Assembly (NCBI RefSeq): GCF_006345805.1
Contig: NC_043014.1
Coordinates: 32,612,001-32,676,000 of the forward strand
Reading direction: 5' to 3'
Origin: Octopus sinensis
Lineage: Eukaryota
DNA length: 64,000 bases
Below, in pieces: positions 34,452 through 46,520 of the stretch. Both the position numbers and the translations under genes were made by a program. The number at the start of each line of letters is the position of its first letter. Position 1 is the first letter of the stretch. The notes below the pieces were generated by a model that did no database searches, was not told the origin of the DNA, and was given only the letters and a program-made list of their open reading frames with translations.

Positions 34452-35564
34452 TATATATATACACATATATATATATCTATACACATATATATATGCACAC
34501 ACATATACATACATTTATATATGTATATACATATATACACACACACATACACACATATATGTGTATGTATACACACACACATACACACACACACACATGC
34601 ACATACACACACACGCACATATAGATGCACAAACACATATACATACAGAAACACAAACAAGTAGAAGTTAAAAGAAATTAAAATAAAATATATAAGGACA
34701 ACAATACAAACAAACAAAGAAATCAATACAAATTCAACCACTACACCCACCACCACCACCACCACCACCAAAAGCAGCAACAACAACTGGAGCAGCAGGC
34801 AAATAACAGCACAAACGACAAAAAAACACACCCCACCCATTCCCTTCAGCCCTGCCATTTTTCGCAAATGATTTCCAAGAAATCCATAAATAACTGAATA
34901 AAAGAGTGAAAAATTGACTGATGATTATGATTATACAGCAATATATATTCAACCGTTCCTTCTACCATTCTTCTACCATTCTTCTGTGTCTGTAATTCCT
35001 GTAATTTCAACATTGGTTACAATGTCTTTCTTTACAAAATTCTACACAATTCTTACCAGTTCAGTCCGTCACTTTGCTTTGTGATTAACGCAGGCAAATT
35101 ATGGTGAGAAGTGTTAATGCTAGTGGCGGTGGAGGGGATGGTGGTGGCGGTGGTGGTGGGGGGTGGGGTGGGCTTATGGCGTTGGGGAGGGAGGGTTGTG
35201 GTGGTAGTAGCGGTAGTGGTAGCACTTGTGTTCATAGTAATGATGGTGAAAGAATGTAGAAACAAGAGCTATGAGAAAAACAATATGTATATACACAATA
35301 TATGAATATGTATATACACATATATATACACAAACATATATATACATATGTATACATATATTCACAAATGTATGCATACATATATATTTATGTATATGTA
35401 TATATATATATGCATATATATATATATATACATACATATATATATATACAGCCATTTCATACACATAAATGCACATATGTATTTATGTGTGTCTGTGTGT
35501 GTGTGAGTGTGTGTACATATATATAATCACACACACATACACACACATATGTGATATGTATATA

Positions 35565-36843
35565 TAAGGGGTAACCCAAAAGTAACTGGAAATGTTCTCT
35601 GTGGTACAAGTCTGTTGTAGTCCAGGCCTTCACTGCTAGAAACCACTTGATGCCACCCTCAGGCATCAGTCTGCCATCCTGCATTGATGGTTGAAGTTGT
35701 ACTGCCACATGGTGCATCTTTGTTTTGAAGTGCTTCTACCTTGTTTGTCAATTTTTGCAAATGGCTGAAATGAAGGGACAATGTGCTTCCATGTGGAGTA
35801 TGGTGGCTGAAACAGCTCTTATGCCTCAAACACAAGTTTAAGAGTGATTTTCACATTTTAAGAATGATCACTTGTGGCTTGAGGACCAACCTGGTTCAGG
35901 GTGGCCGTTAAACTCCTGAACAAATGAAAACCTCACAAAAATTCTGGAACTTAATTTGAAGAACCATCACTGAACAATTGACGAACTTGTTGATATGAAT
36001 CATGTGTCCTGGAACTCCTCCAAATGAATTTTGAGTGAGGAATTTCGAATGAAAAGACCTGCAGTAAAATTTATGCCTCACTTGCTCACAGAAGATCAAA
36101 AGCGATTAGGACTGAATGCCTGTCGTGAACTGAAAGAACAGCTGGAAGTTGATCTGAACCATTTTTTCGAATGTCATCACTGGTGATGGAAAGCTGGTGC
36201 TATGGCTATGACCCACAAATGAGGCAGCAGTCAAGTTAATGGAAGCATTTAGCGTCATTGCACCCCCAAAAAGTTTGTCAAGGGAAGTCCAATGTCAAGA
36301 TGATGCTGATTTGTTTCATCGATACGAAAGGAATTGTCCACACAGTATTTGTTCCTCCTGGTCAAACTGTTAACCAGACATTTTACTTGGCAGTTCTGAA
36401 GTGTTTGCGAGACATGGTGAGACGAAAACACCCCAACCTGTGGCAAAGGGGATAGTAGTGGTTTCATCACGACAATGCACCTTCACACAACACTTTGAGT
36501 GTGAGTCAGCTTTTAACAAAAAATGGTATGACCCCATTTACCCACCCTTCCTAATCACCCAATCTTGCTCCATGCAACTTTTCTTTGTTTCCCTGAATGA
36601 AAAAGTCCTTAAAGGAAAGCGTTTTGCAGATGTGGTAGAGGTGAAGAAAAGAAAAACAACAGAGGTGTTAAAAGGCATCACTTCGCAAGAGTTCCAGGAC
36701 TGCTTCAAACTGTGGAAAACGCATCTAGACCAATGCATTGCTTCAAATGGAGAATACTTTGAAGGCAATAGAAGGGCAAGCATGTAAAACTAAGTGAATA
36801 AAACAATATTGCGAAATTGCAGTTTCTTTTGAATATTTACTTG
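35565..36843 (+). mobile_element. Full-length (about 1279 bp) decayed mariner transposon
   Basis: Left TIR TAAGGGGTAACCCAAAAGTAACTGGAA; right TIR degenerate. Transposase from ATG 35761 (MAEMKGQ...), VKMMLICFIDTKGIVHTVFVPPGQTVNQTFYLAVLKCLR, HHDNA, LKGKRFADVVEVK...CIASNGEYFEG; many stops and frameshifts. Confidence 0.92.
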
Positions 36844-36899
36844 TGTGTATATTTACTTGAATATTTACTTGTGTGTATACACATACGTATATGTATGTA

Positions 36900-37800
36900 T
36901 GAGACGGTATCAAAAAGTTTCCAAAATAATTCTGTAGTGCACTATCTGTACGTGGTTGCGTGTGCAGTAAAAGCTAGCAGTGACCTTCATGAGGTAGTGT
37001 ACTGAGTGACATCGCTGAATTTACTTTGCAAGTTGTGAAATTTGTGTTTTTGTGACCCCATATGTGCTGTAGTCTGTGATTTTTGTCATGGAACAAGGTT
37101 GGAACAAAGAGCCAGTGTGAAATTTTGCATTAAACTTGGAAAGTCTGCTACGGAGGTATTGAGCATGCTTCAAAGATGAAACAGCTGTCGTCACAATGGA
37201 AGAGCCCTTCGTCTCCACAACCATAGAAGGCACAACAGAACTACAACTCAGTGAAGAGCATGTTCATCGGCTTTTCAACATATGCAGTATTCTGCATCGA
37301 GAATTTGTCACCTAGAGTCAGACCCTCGATCAAGAGTTAAAGTGCAAAGTTTGGAAGCATTTGAGGGAGGACATTTGGTGAAAGCAATCAGATTTTGTGG
37401 AGTGTGAAGAATTAGATTCTTCACGACGATAATGCACTCTATCATTGAGCTCTCCTCACTTGTGAGTGTCTCACTAAAAGCAACATTGTATTACTTCCAC
37501 ACGCACTCTGTTCGCCAGATTTAACACCTGCAGACTTCCATCTCTTCCCCAAGATGAAAATGCAGCTCAAAGGTCACCATTTTAACACTATTGTTGAAAT
37601 CCAGAGCGAATCACAGAAGGTTCTCGACTCGTTTATAGCAACGACTTCCAGGCAAACTTGTTAACAGAAAAATGACTTCCAAAAAGTGGCAGGAACCATG
37701 GGACCAGTGTATTGTCGCACAAGGTGATTACTTTAAAGGAGATCCTGTTAAAACTTACGTAAATAAGTTATTTTTTATTAAACATAACTAGTCTGGGAAC
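36900..37800 (+). mobile_element. Internally deleted mariner of a second family
   Basis: Begins TA|TGAGACGGTATCAAAAAGTTTCC. Translated fragments EQRASVKFCIKLGKSATE and HDDNA...CSPDLTPADFHLFPKMKMQLKG. Right TIR largely lost. Confidence 0.8.
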
Positions 37801-37911
37801 ACATATGTATATATATATATGTGTGTGTGGGGGTATGTGTGAATGTATATATATATCTAAAATTACACACAGAAACACACACACACACACCACACACATA
37901 CACATATCATC

Positions 37912-38095
37912 ACCATTCATTCTCTGTCTTCCATGCTGTCATGGGTTGGACCGTTTGATAGGCCCCCAACAAGCTACAGGACTACATTTGTCTCGAATAT
38001 CTGTTTCAGCATGGTTTCTATGACAGAATGCCCTTTATAACATCAACCACTTTACAGAGCATACTAGGTACTTGTTTTCATGACACAGCATGTAG
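37912..38095 (-). mobile_element. SINE family C
   Basis: CATCATCACC...CCATGCTGTCATGGGTTGGAC...CATGGTTTCTATG...CATCAACCAC. Confidence 0.6.
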
Positions 38096-38579
38096 CTCAC
38101 ATGATAGAGAAAAGATCCTTCAATAACTGAGTGAATTTGTAGAAGTGAGGGAGATGGCTCTATGCCAGGTGTTGTGAGGCTAAAGTAAAATGGAGGACAG
38201 GCACAAGTGTCTTGCTATAGAGGAGATACATGGCTACTCTACATTCTATAAATGTGGGTGGGAGCAGTTGGAAAGAGTTGATGATGGTGGTGATGAGGTG
38301 TCAGAGCATACTCTCAAGATACATGAAGGACAAAGAATCAGGAAGGATGGGTGAATAAAATCATTAGAGAATGAGAGAAAGTTAAGGTTGGGTGTTGAGG
38401 TGAATGGAATAAAAATCGAAAGAATCAGTGGTAAATATCAGTATGGGGGTAGGTGAAAGAATAGCAGAAAGGGGGGTGATATGTGGCCATACAGGAAGAG
38501 AGGAAAGTAGCCTGTATGTAGATTAGGAGAATGGTGATGATGAGAAAATGGTGATGATGTCAGAGTGAAAGAGTGGCAG

Positions 38580-38617
<38 letters not shown>

Positions 38618-38984
38618 TGCACATTGACTGAGATGGAGGTCAGAGTTACATAGGGATTCCTATATGACAGGGGGAGAAGATTGATAACAAATTAGTGAAG
38701 ATGTTAAAGACTAAGTAAAGGAAGTTCTAAGATGTATCCCAGGATGGCACAGAAAGGAATGACTGATGGAAAATAATGTGGGAAGAGATGATATTGAGAA
38801 TGAGGGATGAATTTTAAAAAGAAGTGGCTCCATGGAGAAGGAATAGAGAGGAATAGAGATAACTGATAGCTCAAAGTAGGATGAAATATGTGTATATTCT
38901 GCTCTGATATGATTATAGCTGCTGAACAGTGCCATAGAAGAGTACATAGCCCAGTGACTACATAGACATAAATATAATGCTTTT

Positions 38985-39335
38985 AGAATCTCATAGCAAA
39001 TCACCAATCGTTTTGGTCCTTTGTCATCTCCTCCATAAGAGTCAACATCTTCAGATCAACCTTTGCTTATTTTTCCTAGGTCTTCCTGAGTTCCATCTTT
39101 CACAAGTTTCATCCACATTTGGCAATCAGTACTTCTTTCTGTAGCTATTCTCATCCATGAGCATCACATTGTCATGCCAACAGTCTTCTCTCTTGCACAC
39201 TACATCTATTTCCTCTTATACCCAATTATTCTCTTAACATATCAATATTTTGTTGCATTTGCAAACTGACATTGCACATCCAACAGAATATATTAGTTTC
39301 ATTCCTTTTTAGTCTTTGCATGTCTTCTACATTCA
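38985..39335 (-). mobile_element. RTE LINE 3' coding remnant
   Basis: Minus strand gives WMCNVSLQ...LGIRGNRCSVQERRL...DLKMLTLMEEMTKDQNDW. Confidence 0.6.
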
Positions 39336-39359
39336 TTGTCTGCATCTCTCTGCCTTTAA

Positions 39360-39670
39360 GGGACCTCCTGGGTATATGTCTTTTTGTCTTTGTTTATCCC
39401 CACACAATTGCTTGACAACTGATGTTGGTGTGTTTACATCTCCATAACATAGTAGTTCAGCAAAAGAGACCATTAGAATAAGTACAAACTTACAAAGAAT
39501 AAGTCCTGGGGTTTATTTCTTCGACAAAAAAAAATCCTTTGATGCTCTGCTCCAGCATGGCCAAAGTCAAATGATCGAAACAAGTAAAATTTATGTATAT
39601 ATAAATTATTTTATTGTTTTACTTGTTTCAGTCATTTGACTGCGGCCATGCTGGAGCATTGCTTAAAGGT
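39360..39670. mobile_element. SINE A 3' half (+) directly followed by an inverted SINE A tail (-)
   Basis: Arms 39548-39589 and 39617-39658 match at 38/42 positions as inverted repeats. Confidence 0.85.
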
Positions 39671-39918
39671 TTTTTTTTATATATATGTATCTTCCTCTTT
39701 TTAATTAAGTGTTAATTTTGACTGGCCACCTGCTCCATAGCAAGGTTGTGAAGGAAAGCATCTTAGTTTGTTTGTGATCCTTTAAATTTTAAGACGGTAT
39801 TATATATTTTCATAGTCTTTGATACTATGAAGTTTTATTGTGTATAAATAAAGGAACTGTGTTGCTTATATAAGTATACATGTATGCATGTATGTATGTG
39901 TGTATGTATGTATGTATG

Positions 39919-39949
<31 letters not shown>

Positions 39950-40061
39950 GCATGTATGCATGTATGTATGTGTGTATGTATGTATGTATACATGTATGCA
40001 TGTATGTATGTATGTATGTATCTATCTATCTATCTATCAATCAATCAATCTATCTATCTAC

Positions 40062-40105
<44 letters not shown>

Positions 40106-40107
40106 GT

Positions 40108-40664
40108 CATTATGCAGTTTTATTTCAAGAATTCTTGCCAATACAGAAAGAGCCAGTTTCTAACTTAGGCTCCTTCATTGGAATTTCAACATCAACAACA
40201 AGGTATTTTTGTAAGTATGTATATGAGCAGTTTTGTATGTTTTGTTTTATGTAAGTCTTCTCATGCATATACTTGCATACCTAGACATGTTCATATATAT
40301 TTAAATGATAAACTTCTGGAAAGTTTTACAGATTTTTATAGTTCCAGTGATGGATTGGATCTGTAGTCTTCGAATTAGCTTTTTCCTTTCTGGTTTTGAG
40401 AAACCTAATTTCTCAAGATTGGTATTTAGGCTTGGCAATACATATCCCAGGACCCCAATAATTACTGGTATAAACCTGAACTTGTAATCTGGATATAGTA
40501 GCTGCAGATTTCTCAATAGTTCAGCATAAGTATTCTCTTTTTCACTGATCTCCAGCTTTATGTTAACATCTGCTGGGCAGCTAATTTCCACAACTGTACA
40601 GAGTTTCTCTTCGCTATCCCAAATCATTATATCAGGTCTGTTGTGCTTACATTTTGTTGGGGTC
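40108..40664 (-). mobile_element. 5'-truncated RLE-type non-LTR retrotransposon (PD-(D/E)xK restriction-like endonuclease end plus 3' UTR)
   Basis: TPTKCKHNRPDIMIWDSEEKLCTVVEISCPADVN...FRFIPVIIGVLG (ORF 40301..40627). AATAAA about 15 bp before the 3' end. CATA/GATA repeats on both flanks. Confidence 0.85.
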
Positions 40665-41088
40665 TATGTATGTATATATGTATGTATGTATGTGTGTGTT
40701 ATGTATATATACGTGGCTGATTCTCTTGTCACTACTTTGTCAAGTGCAATGAAGTTAGTGCATTTACTTCTAAATTTTTCTGCCAAGCTCTCTCAAATAA
40801 TATAAATAAATTAATCAATGACTGATATTATTTTTTTCCTCACCCCATAATTATTTCCAGTTACATTTTTAATGATCCCTGTTTCAATTATGTTAACATC
40901 AACTACACTGTCATTCCGTCTCTCTGCCTCTCTCTGTTCCTCTCTCTGTCTCCACACACACTCACACTGACACACACACAGACACACACACAAACACATA
41001 CACACACACATATATAAGGAGAGACAAAGAGGCATATATATATATATATGTGGGAGTATGTTTGTATGTATACAAGTATATATATATG

Positions 41089-41915
41089 TGTGGTCTGATC
41101 AATAAGTAACCTGACTGTTGCCATAGTAATGAAGCTAAAGCACGCAGAGTAAAGCTACTTGACACAGATTGACTGTGAACTCTGTTGTGCAAGTGCACTA
41201 AGTCTTTATGTTTTAGCTGACTCCCGCTATTTACAGCAGTGCTTGGAAGGAAGGTGTGTAGCGTGTGTTCATTGCATTGACCATGATAGAGGAAACTGAG
41301 CAGAGAATCTTCATCAAATTTTACCAATTGCTTGGCGATACCTGCTCAAAGGCCAAGGCAAATTTTTCAAAACGTTTTCACCATTCTTGACTCAATCAAG
41401 GAGCTCTTGTACAACTGAAACCCAAGTGTCCTTTTAGTCAGCTGAAAGCAGTTTTGCCACAATCATTGGAAGACACATGTCTCATACCAAAATCTCCAGT
41501 GATAAAAAACTGAACTGAACCATAACTGATCTGCACATCCTCTGATAAATCACCGATGGTGATTCAATGATTTCCCCTCACAGCTGCACACACATTTGCA
41601 ATGTTTATCTCAGTTCTGCTGGTTGCAAGTCTTCCAGAACATTCGTCAATATCAACATTTTTTCGGCCATCTTGGAAACGTTCAAACTACTCATATACTT
41701 GTGTGCAGCTGATACACTCCTCTCCATACACTTTCTGCAACTTTGTGCAGGCCTCTGAGCAGGTATCACCATGACAACATTCTTTGTCATGGTCAATGTA
41801 ATCATCACACGCTACACACCTTCCTTCCAAGTACTGCTGTAAACAGCGGAAGTGAGCTAGAATATTAACACTTAATGCATACACACAGCAGAGTTCAAGA
41901 TCAACCACTACGCCA
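41089..41915. mobile_element. Two convergent 5' fragments of one mariner family (+ 41089-41362; - 41363-41915)
   Basis: Plus: TIR-like TGTGGTCTGATCAATAAGT and EETEQRIFIKFYQLLGDTCSK. Minus: GDTCSEACTKLQKVYGEECISCTQVYE and downstream N-terminal sequence. Arms 41214-41286 / 41787-41859 are 66/73 identical. Confidence 0.85.
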
Positions 41916-43049
41916 GGCACCAACCTGGAATTTATGAGTGGCCATGCTATTGCAGGAGAGTTATTGAACCTACACTGGGTTCATCTGTCCTTTTGTCAGG
42001 TTTTGTTTTAAGTCTCACTGGGTTCCTAGCAACCCTCCTCATCAGGCTAACCTAGTGATGCTGCTAGTTTAGTTGCCAATGGCTTGACCATGAAACAGAT
42101 TGTACTGGATTCCATGTTACCAGTAGCACTCCTGAGGGACTTCACAAGTAGCCTGACATAATAGACTTCCATACATATACATATAGTCACACTCATACAC
42201 AACACACACACATACACACATACTCACGCATATATACTCACACAGTTAGTTAATGATTGTTTATAGATGCATAAAATGATGAACATTAACTGAATAAAGG
42301 ACTAAATATCAGTTTGGAGTCTAACATTATAAAACATTTTGTTGACTGTGACTTCAAAATTTTAACAAGTGTGCAGCTTATTCAAGCTGCTTGAATAAGC
42401 TACAATTGTGGGAGAGTTTGAATGTGTGGAGGATATCAAAGGAAAGTTAGCTGATTACTGATTCCTGTGGGATAAGTAGTTCCTAACTGGAAAATGAGTT
42501 TTTGTTCCTGGAGAAGTTGAGTGGTTAGAGTAACATATCACTGGAGAAATTAAAAGTTGGACAGGTCATAATGCAAATATCCAGAACTGTGACTTGCAAC
42601 AGATCTGAGATTTTTGGTTCTGTGTTTATTTCATTACACATCCAGTAGAATCATCCCTCCTTGAATCAATTTGCTTTCAACTGGTTTCAGGATCATATAG
42701 GAGACCAGAAAGTTGGTACCTAATGCAAGAAGTTACATTCTTAACAGTGCAAGTGAACAATCCTTGACATGGATCATTATACAGGGACTGTGCACAGTGA
42801 TAATGCTATATGTGAATGGACAGGTGCTGCAGTTTAAACAAGAACAAGTAGATGATCTGGGGTCAGATTTCACATAGAAGGGTGAAACTATGGACAAGGA
42901 GGTTTTGTAGGTTGTAGATACATGTAAATGAAAGAGAGGTTCAGGAATGATATGGGAATGATATGGTATAGCTGAAATAAAGGAAACTGGACGTCAGACA
43001 GAGAGACTGACAGACAGACTGCTCGGCAGACAGACGGTCTTACAGACTT

Positions 43050-43115
43050 ATAGACAGACAGATAGATAGATAAACAAACTGACAGGCAGACCGAGAGGCA
43101 TGCAGATGTTCAAGC

Positions 43116-43165
<50 letters not shown>

Positions 43166-43622
43166 ATAGATAAATAGACAGACAGACAGACAGAAAGATA
43201 AATAGATAAGTTTTTTCATTGGCCACACAGGGCTGCACACAGATGGGACAAGTTACAAGGTAGAGCTTTTCTTTTGGGGGATGAAAAAAACAAAAAACAA
43301 AAGAAACAAAAAAAGGGGGGGTGGCGTAGGTTTTCGATCAAGAGGGATCGTAAAAGGGAAGAAAAGGACAAAGTAGGTAGATAGGTAGGTAGATAGACAG
43401 ATAGATATATTCCTTTATTGCCCACAAGGGTTAAACATAGGGGGGACAAACAAGGACAGACAAACGATTAAGTCGATTACATCGACCCCAGTGCGTAACT
43501 GGTAGTTTATTTATCGACCCCGAAAGGATGAAGGCAAAGTCGACCTTGGCGGATAGATAGATAGATAAAAACTGACAGGCAGACCGAGAGGCATGCAGAT
43601 GTTCAAGCAGATAGATAGATAG

Positions 43623-43669
<47 letters not shown>

Positions 43670-44126
43670 ATAGATAAATAGACAGACAGACAGACAGAAA
43701 GATAAATAGATAAGTTTTTTCATTGGCCACACAGGGCTGCACACAGATGGGACAAGTTACAAGGTAGAGCTTTTCTTTTGGGGGATGAAAAAAACAAAAA
43801 ACAAAAGAAACAAAAAAAGGGGGGGTGGCGTAGGTTTTCGATCAAGAGGGATCGTAAAAGGGAAGAAAAGGACAAAGTAGGTAGATAGGTAGGTAGATAG
43901 ACAGATAGATATATTCCTTTATTGCCCACAAGGGTTAAACATAGGGGGGACAAACAAGGACAGACAAACGATTAAGTCGATTACATCGACCCCAGTGCGT
44001 AACTGGTAGTTTATTTATCGACCCCGAAAGGATGAAGGCAAAGTCGACCTTGGCGGATAGATAGATAGATAAAAACTGACAGGCAGACCGAGAGGCATGC
44101 AGATGTTCAAGCAGATAGATAGATAG

Positions 44127-44173
<47 letters not shown>

Positions 44174-44570
44174 ATAGATAAATAGACAGACAGACAGACA
44201 GAAAGATAAATAGATAAGTTTTTTCATTGGCCACACAGGGCTGCACACAGATGGGACAAGTTACAAGGTAGAGCTTTTCTTTTGGGGGATGAAAAAAACA
44301 AAAAACAAAAGAAACAAAAAAAGGGGGGGTGGCGTAGGTTTTCGATCAAGAGGGATCGTAAAAGGGAAGAAAAGGACAAAGTAGGTAGATAGGTAGGTAG
44401 ATAGACAGATAGATATATTCCTTTATTGCCCACAAGGGGTTAAACATAGGGGGGACAAACAAGGACAGACAAACGGATTAAGTCGATTACATCGACCCCA
44501 GTGCGTAACTGGTAGTTTATTTATCGACCCCGAAAGGATGAAAGGCAAAGTCGACCTTGGCGGATAGATA
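43050..44570. repeat. Tandem triplication, about 504-bp unit: (GATA)n + Tx1 3' end + truncated SINE B
   Basis: Identical ORFs at 43216/43720/44224 and 43431/43935; period 504. Confidence 0.95.
43209..43372 (-). mobile_element. 164-bp 3' end of the same Tx1 family as 4321-5524 (repeated at 43713-43876 and 44217-44380)
   Basis: Reverse complement matches 5368-5524 (ACGATCCCTCTTGATCG...CTGTGTGCAGCCCTGTGTGGCCAAT...AAACT|TATCTA). Confidence 0.92.
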
Positions 44571-44579
44571 GATAGATAA

Positions 44580-44656
<77 letters not shown>

Positions 44657-44789
44657 CAGAAATAAAGAAAAGGAGACAGAAGGAGAGAAGAAAATATAGC
44701 TGAACAGATAGATATAGACATAGAGACATCTAAGTAGATAAGAGAAAGGTGAAATGAGGAGAAAAGAGAAGAGAGAGGTAAATATAATC

Positions 44790-45270
44790 AGAGAGAGAAT
44801 GAGTGAATGAGGGAGTGAGTGAGTGAGAGAATGAGTGCATGAGTGAGTGAGTGGGTGGGTGAGTGATTGATTGAGTGAGTGGGTGGTTGAGTGAGTGAGT
44901 GAGTGAGTGGGTGGTTGAATGAGTGAGTGAGTGAGTGAGTGAGTGAGTGAGTGGGTGGGTGAGTGATTGATTGAGTGAGTGGGTGGTTGAGTGATTGATT
45001 GAGTGAGTGGGTGGTTGAATGAGTGAGTGAGTGAGTGAGTGAGTGAGTGAGTGGGTGGGTGAGTGATTGATTGAGTGAGTGGGTGGTTGAGTGATTGATT
45101 GAGTGAGTGGGTGGTTGAATGAGTGAGTGAGTGAGTGAGTGAGTGGGTGAGTGGGTGGGTGAGTGAGCGAGCGAGTGAGTGAGTGAGTGAGTGAGTGAGT
45201 GACTGACTGACTGAGTGAGTGAGTGAGTGAGTGAGTGAGTGAGTGAGTGAATGAGTGAGTGAGTGAAGGG
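44790..45270. repeat. (GAGT)n-based array with a 100-bp higher-order repeat
   Basis: GTGGGTGGGTGAGTGATTGATTGAGTGAGTGGGTGGTTGA starts at 44851, 44951 and 45051. Confidence 0.9.
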
Positions 45271-45949
45271 CTGGGTGGGTGAGCTAATAAGAAAAACAGG
45301 TTACATTAACACTTCAGTATTGACAAAATGGTATGAAGATAAATGGTGAGCCAGAGACTGTTATACCAATAGAAAAGAAAGTGAAAGTTAAAGACTGGTG
45401 GACAGAGTAAGAAATAGATTAAAAGAGAGAAAGAAAAGTAGAGATCAGCAGGTAAAGAGATGGCAAAATATTCTACAGCAAATCTTTAGTGTGAATAAAA
45501 GAAGAGAGAAACTAAAACAGAGAGAGAGAGAGAGAGAAAGAGAAAGCAAGAAAGAGAGAAGGAGAGATGCAGACAGAAAGAGAGAAACATGCACCCAGCA
45601 AAAGGAGGAGAGAAAGAAGGAGGGATAGGGAGAGACATAATACAGAGCAAGATAGAGATAGAGAAAGAAAGTGGATAACCAACAGTGAGAGAGTGGTTGA
45701 GAATTAAAGAGAGAAAGACAAGGAGTCTGGAAGCGATCAAGAGGAATGAGAGAGGGGGGAGAGATTGCAAGAGAGAAAGATTTAGTAAAAAGTTCCAATC
45801 GGACAAAAGAGAAACAAAGAGACAAAGACAAAAGCAGAGAGAGAGGTGGAGAGAGTGAGAGAGAGAGAGATGGAGAGAGGGGGGAGAGAGAAGGAGTGTG
45901 TGTGATGTGAAGATAAGCTATAATAAAACTTCAATGTAGACAAAAGAAA

Positions 45950-46036
45950 AGTGAGAGAAAATTGTTGTGTGATAAATTGTGAGATAATTGTTATTCTCAA
46001 TAATTTACACATCAAACAATGTGTACGATATATATA

Positions 46037-46096
<60 letters not shown>

Positions 46097-46197
46097 TATA
46101 CACATATATATATATATATACATATACATATACATATACATATGTGTGTATACATATATATATATATACATATATACATACATATATACATACATAT

Positions 46198-46248
<51 letters not shown>

Positions 46249-46520
46249 AATATATGAATGTATGTATGTGTGCGAGTGCATATATTTGTATATTTATATA
46301 CATATATAAATACATATTATATGTGTGTGTGTGTGTGAGTGTATATATATATATATATATATATATACCAATATGTATATTTATACATATATACATATAT
46401 AAACATATATCATGTATATGTACATACTTATATGTATGTATACATACACATGAATATATACATACATATGCATACAAAGTCCTACACATAGATGCACAAA
46501 TTCATACACACATACAAGTA
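45950..46520. repeat. (TA)n/(TG)n/(CATA)n microsatellite block
   Basis: Directly visible. Similar blocks at 34040-34640, 35270-35560, 53760-54450 and 63050-64000. Confidence 0.95.
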
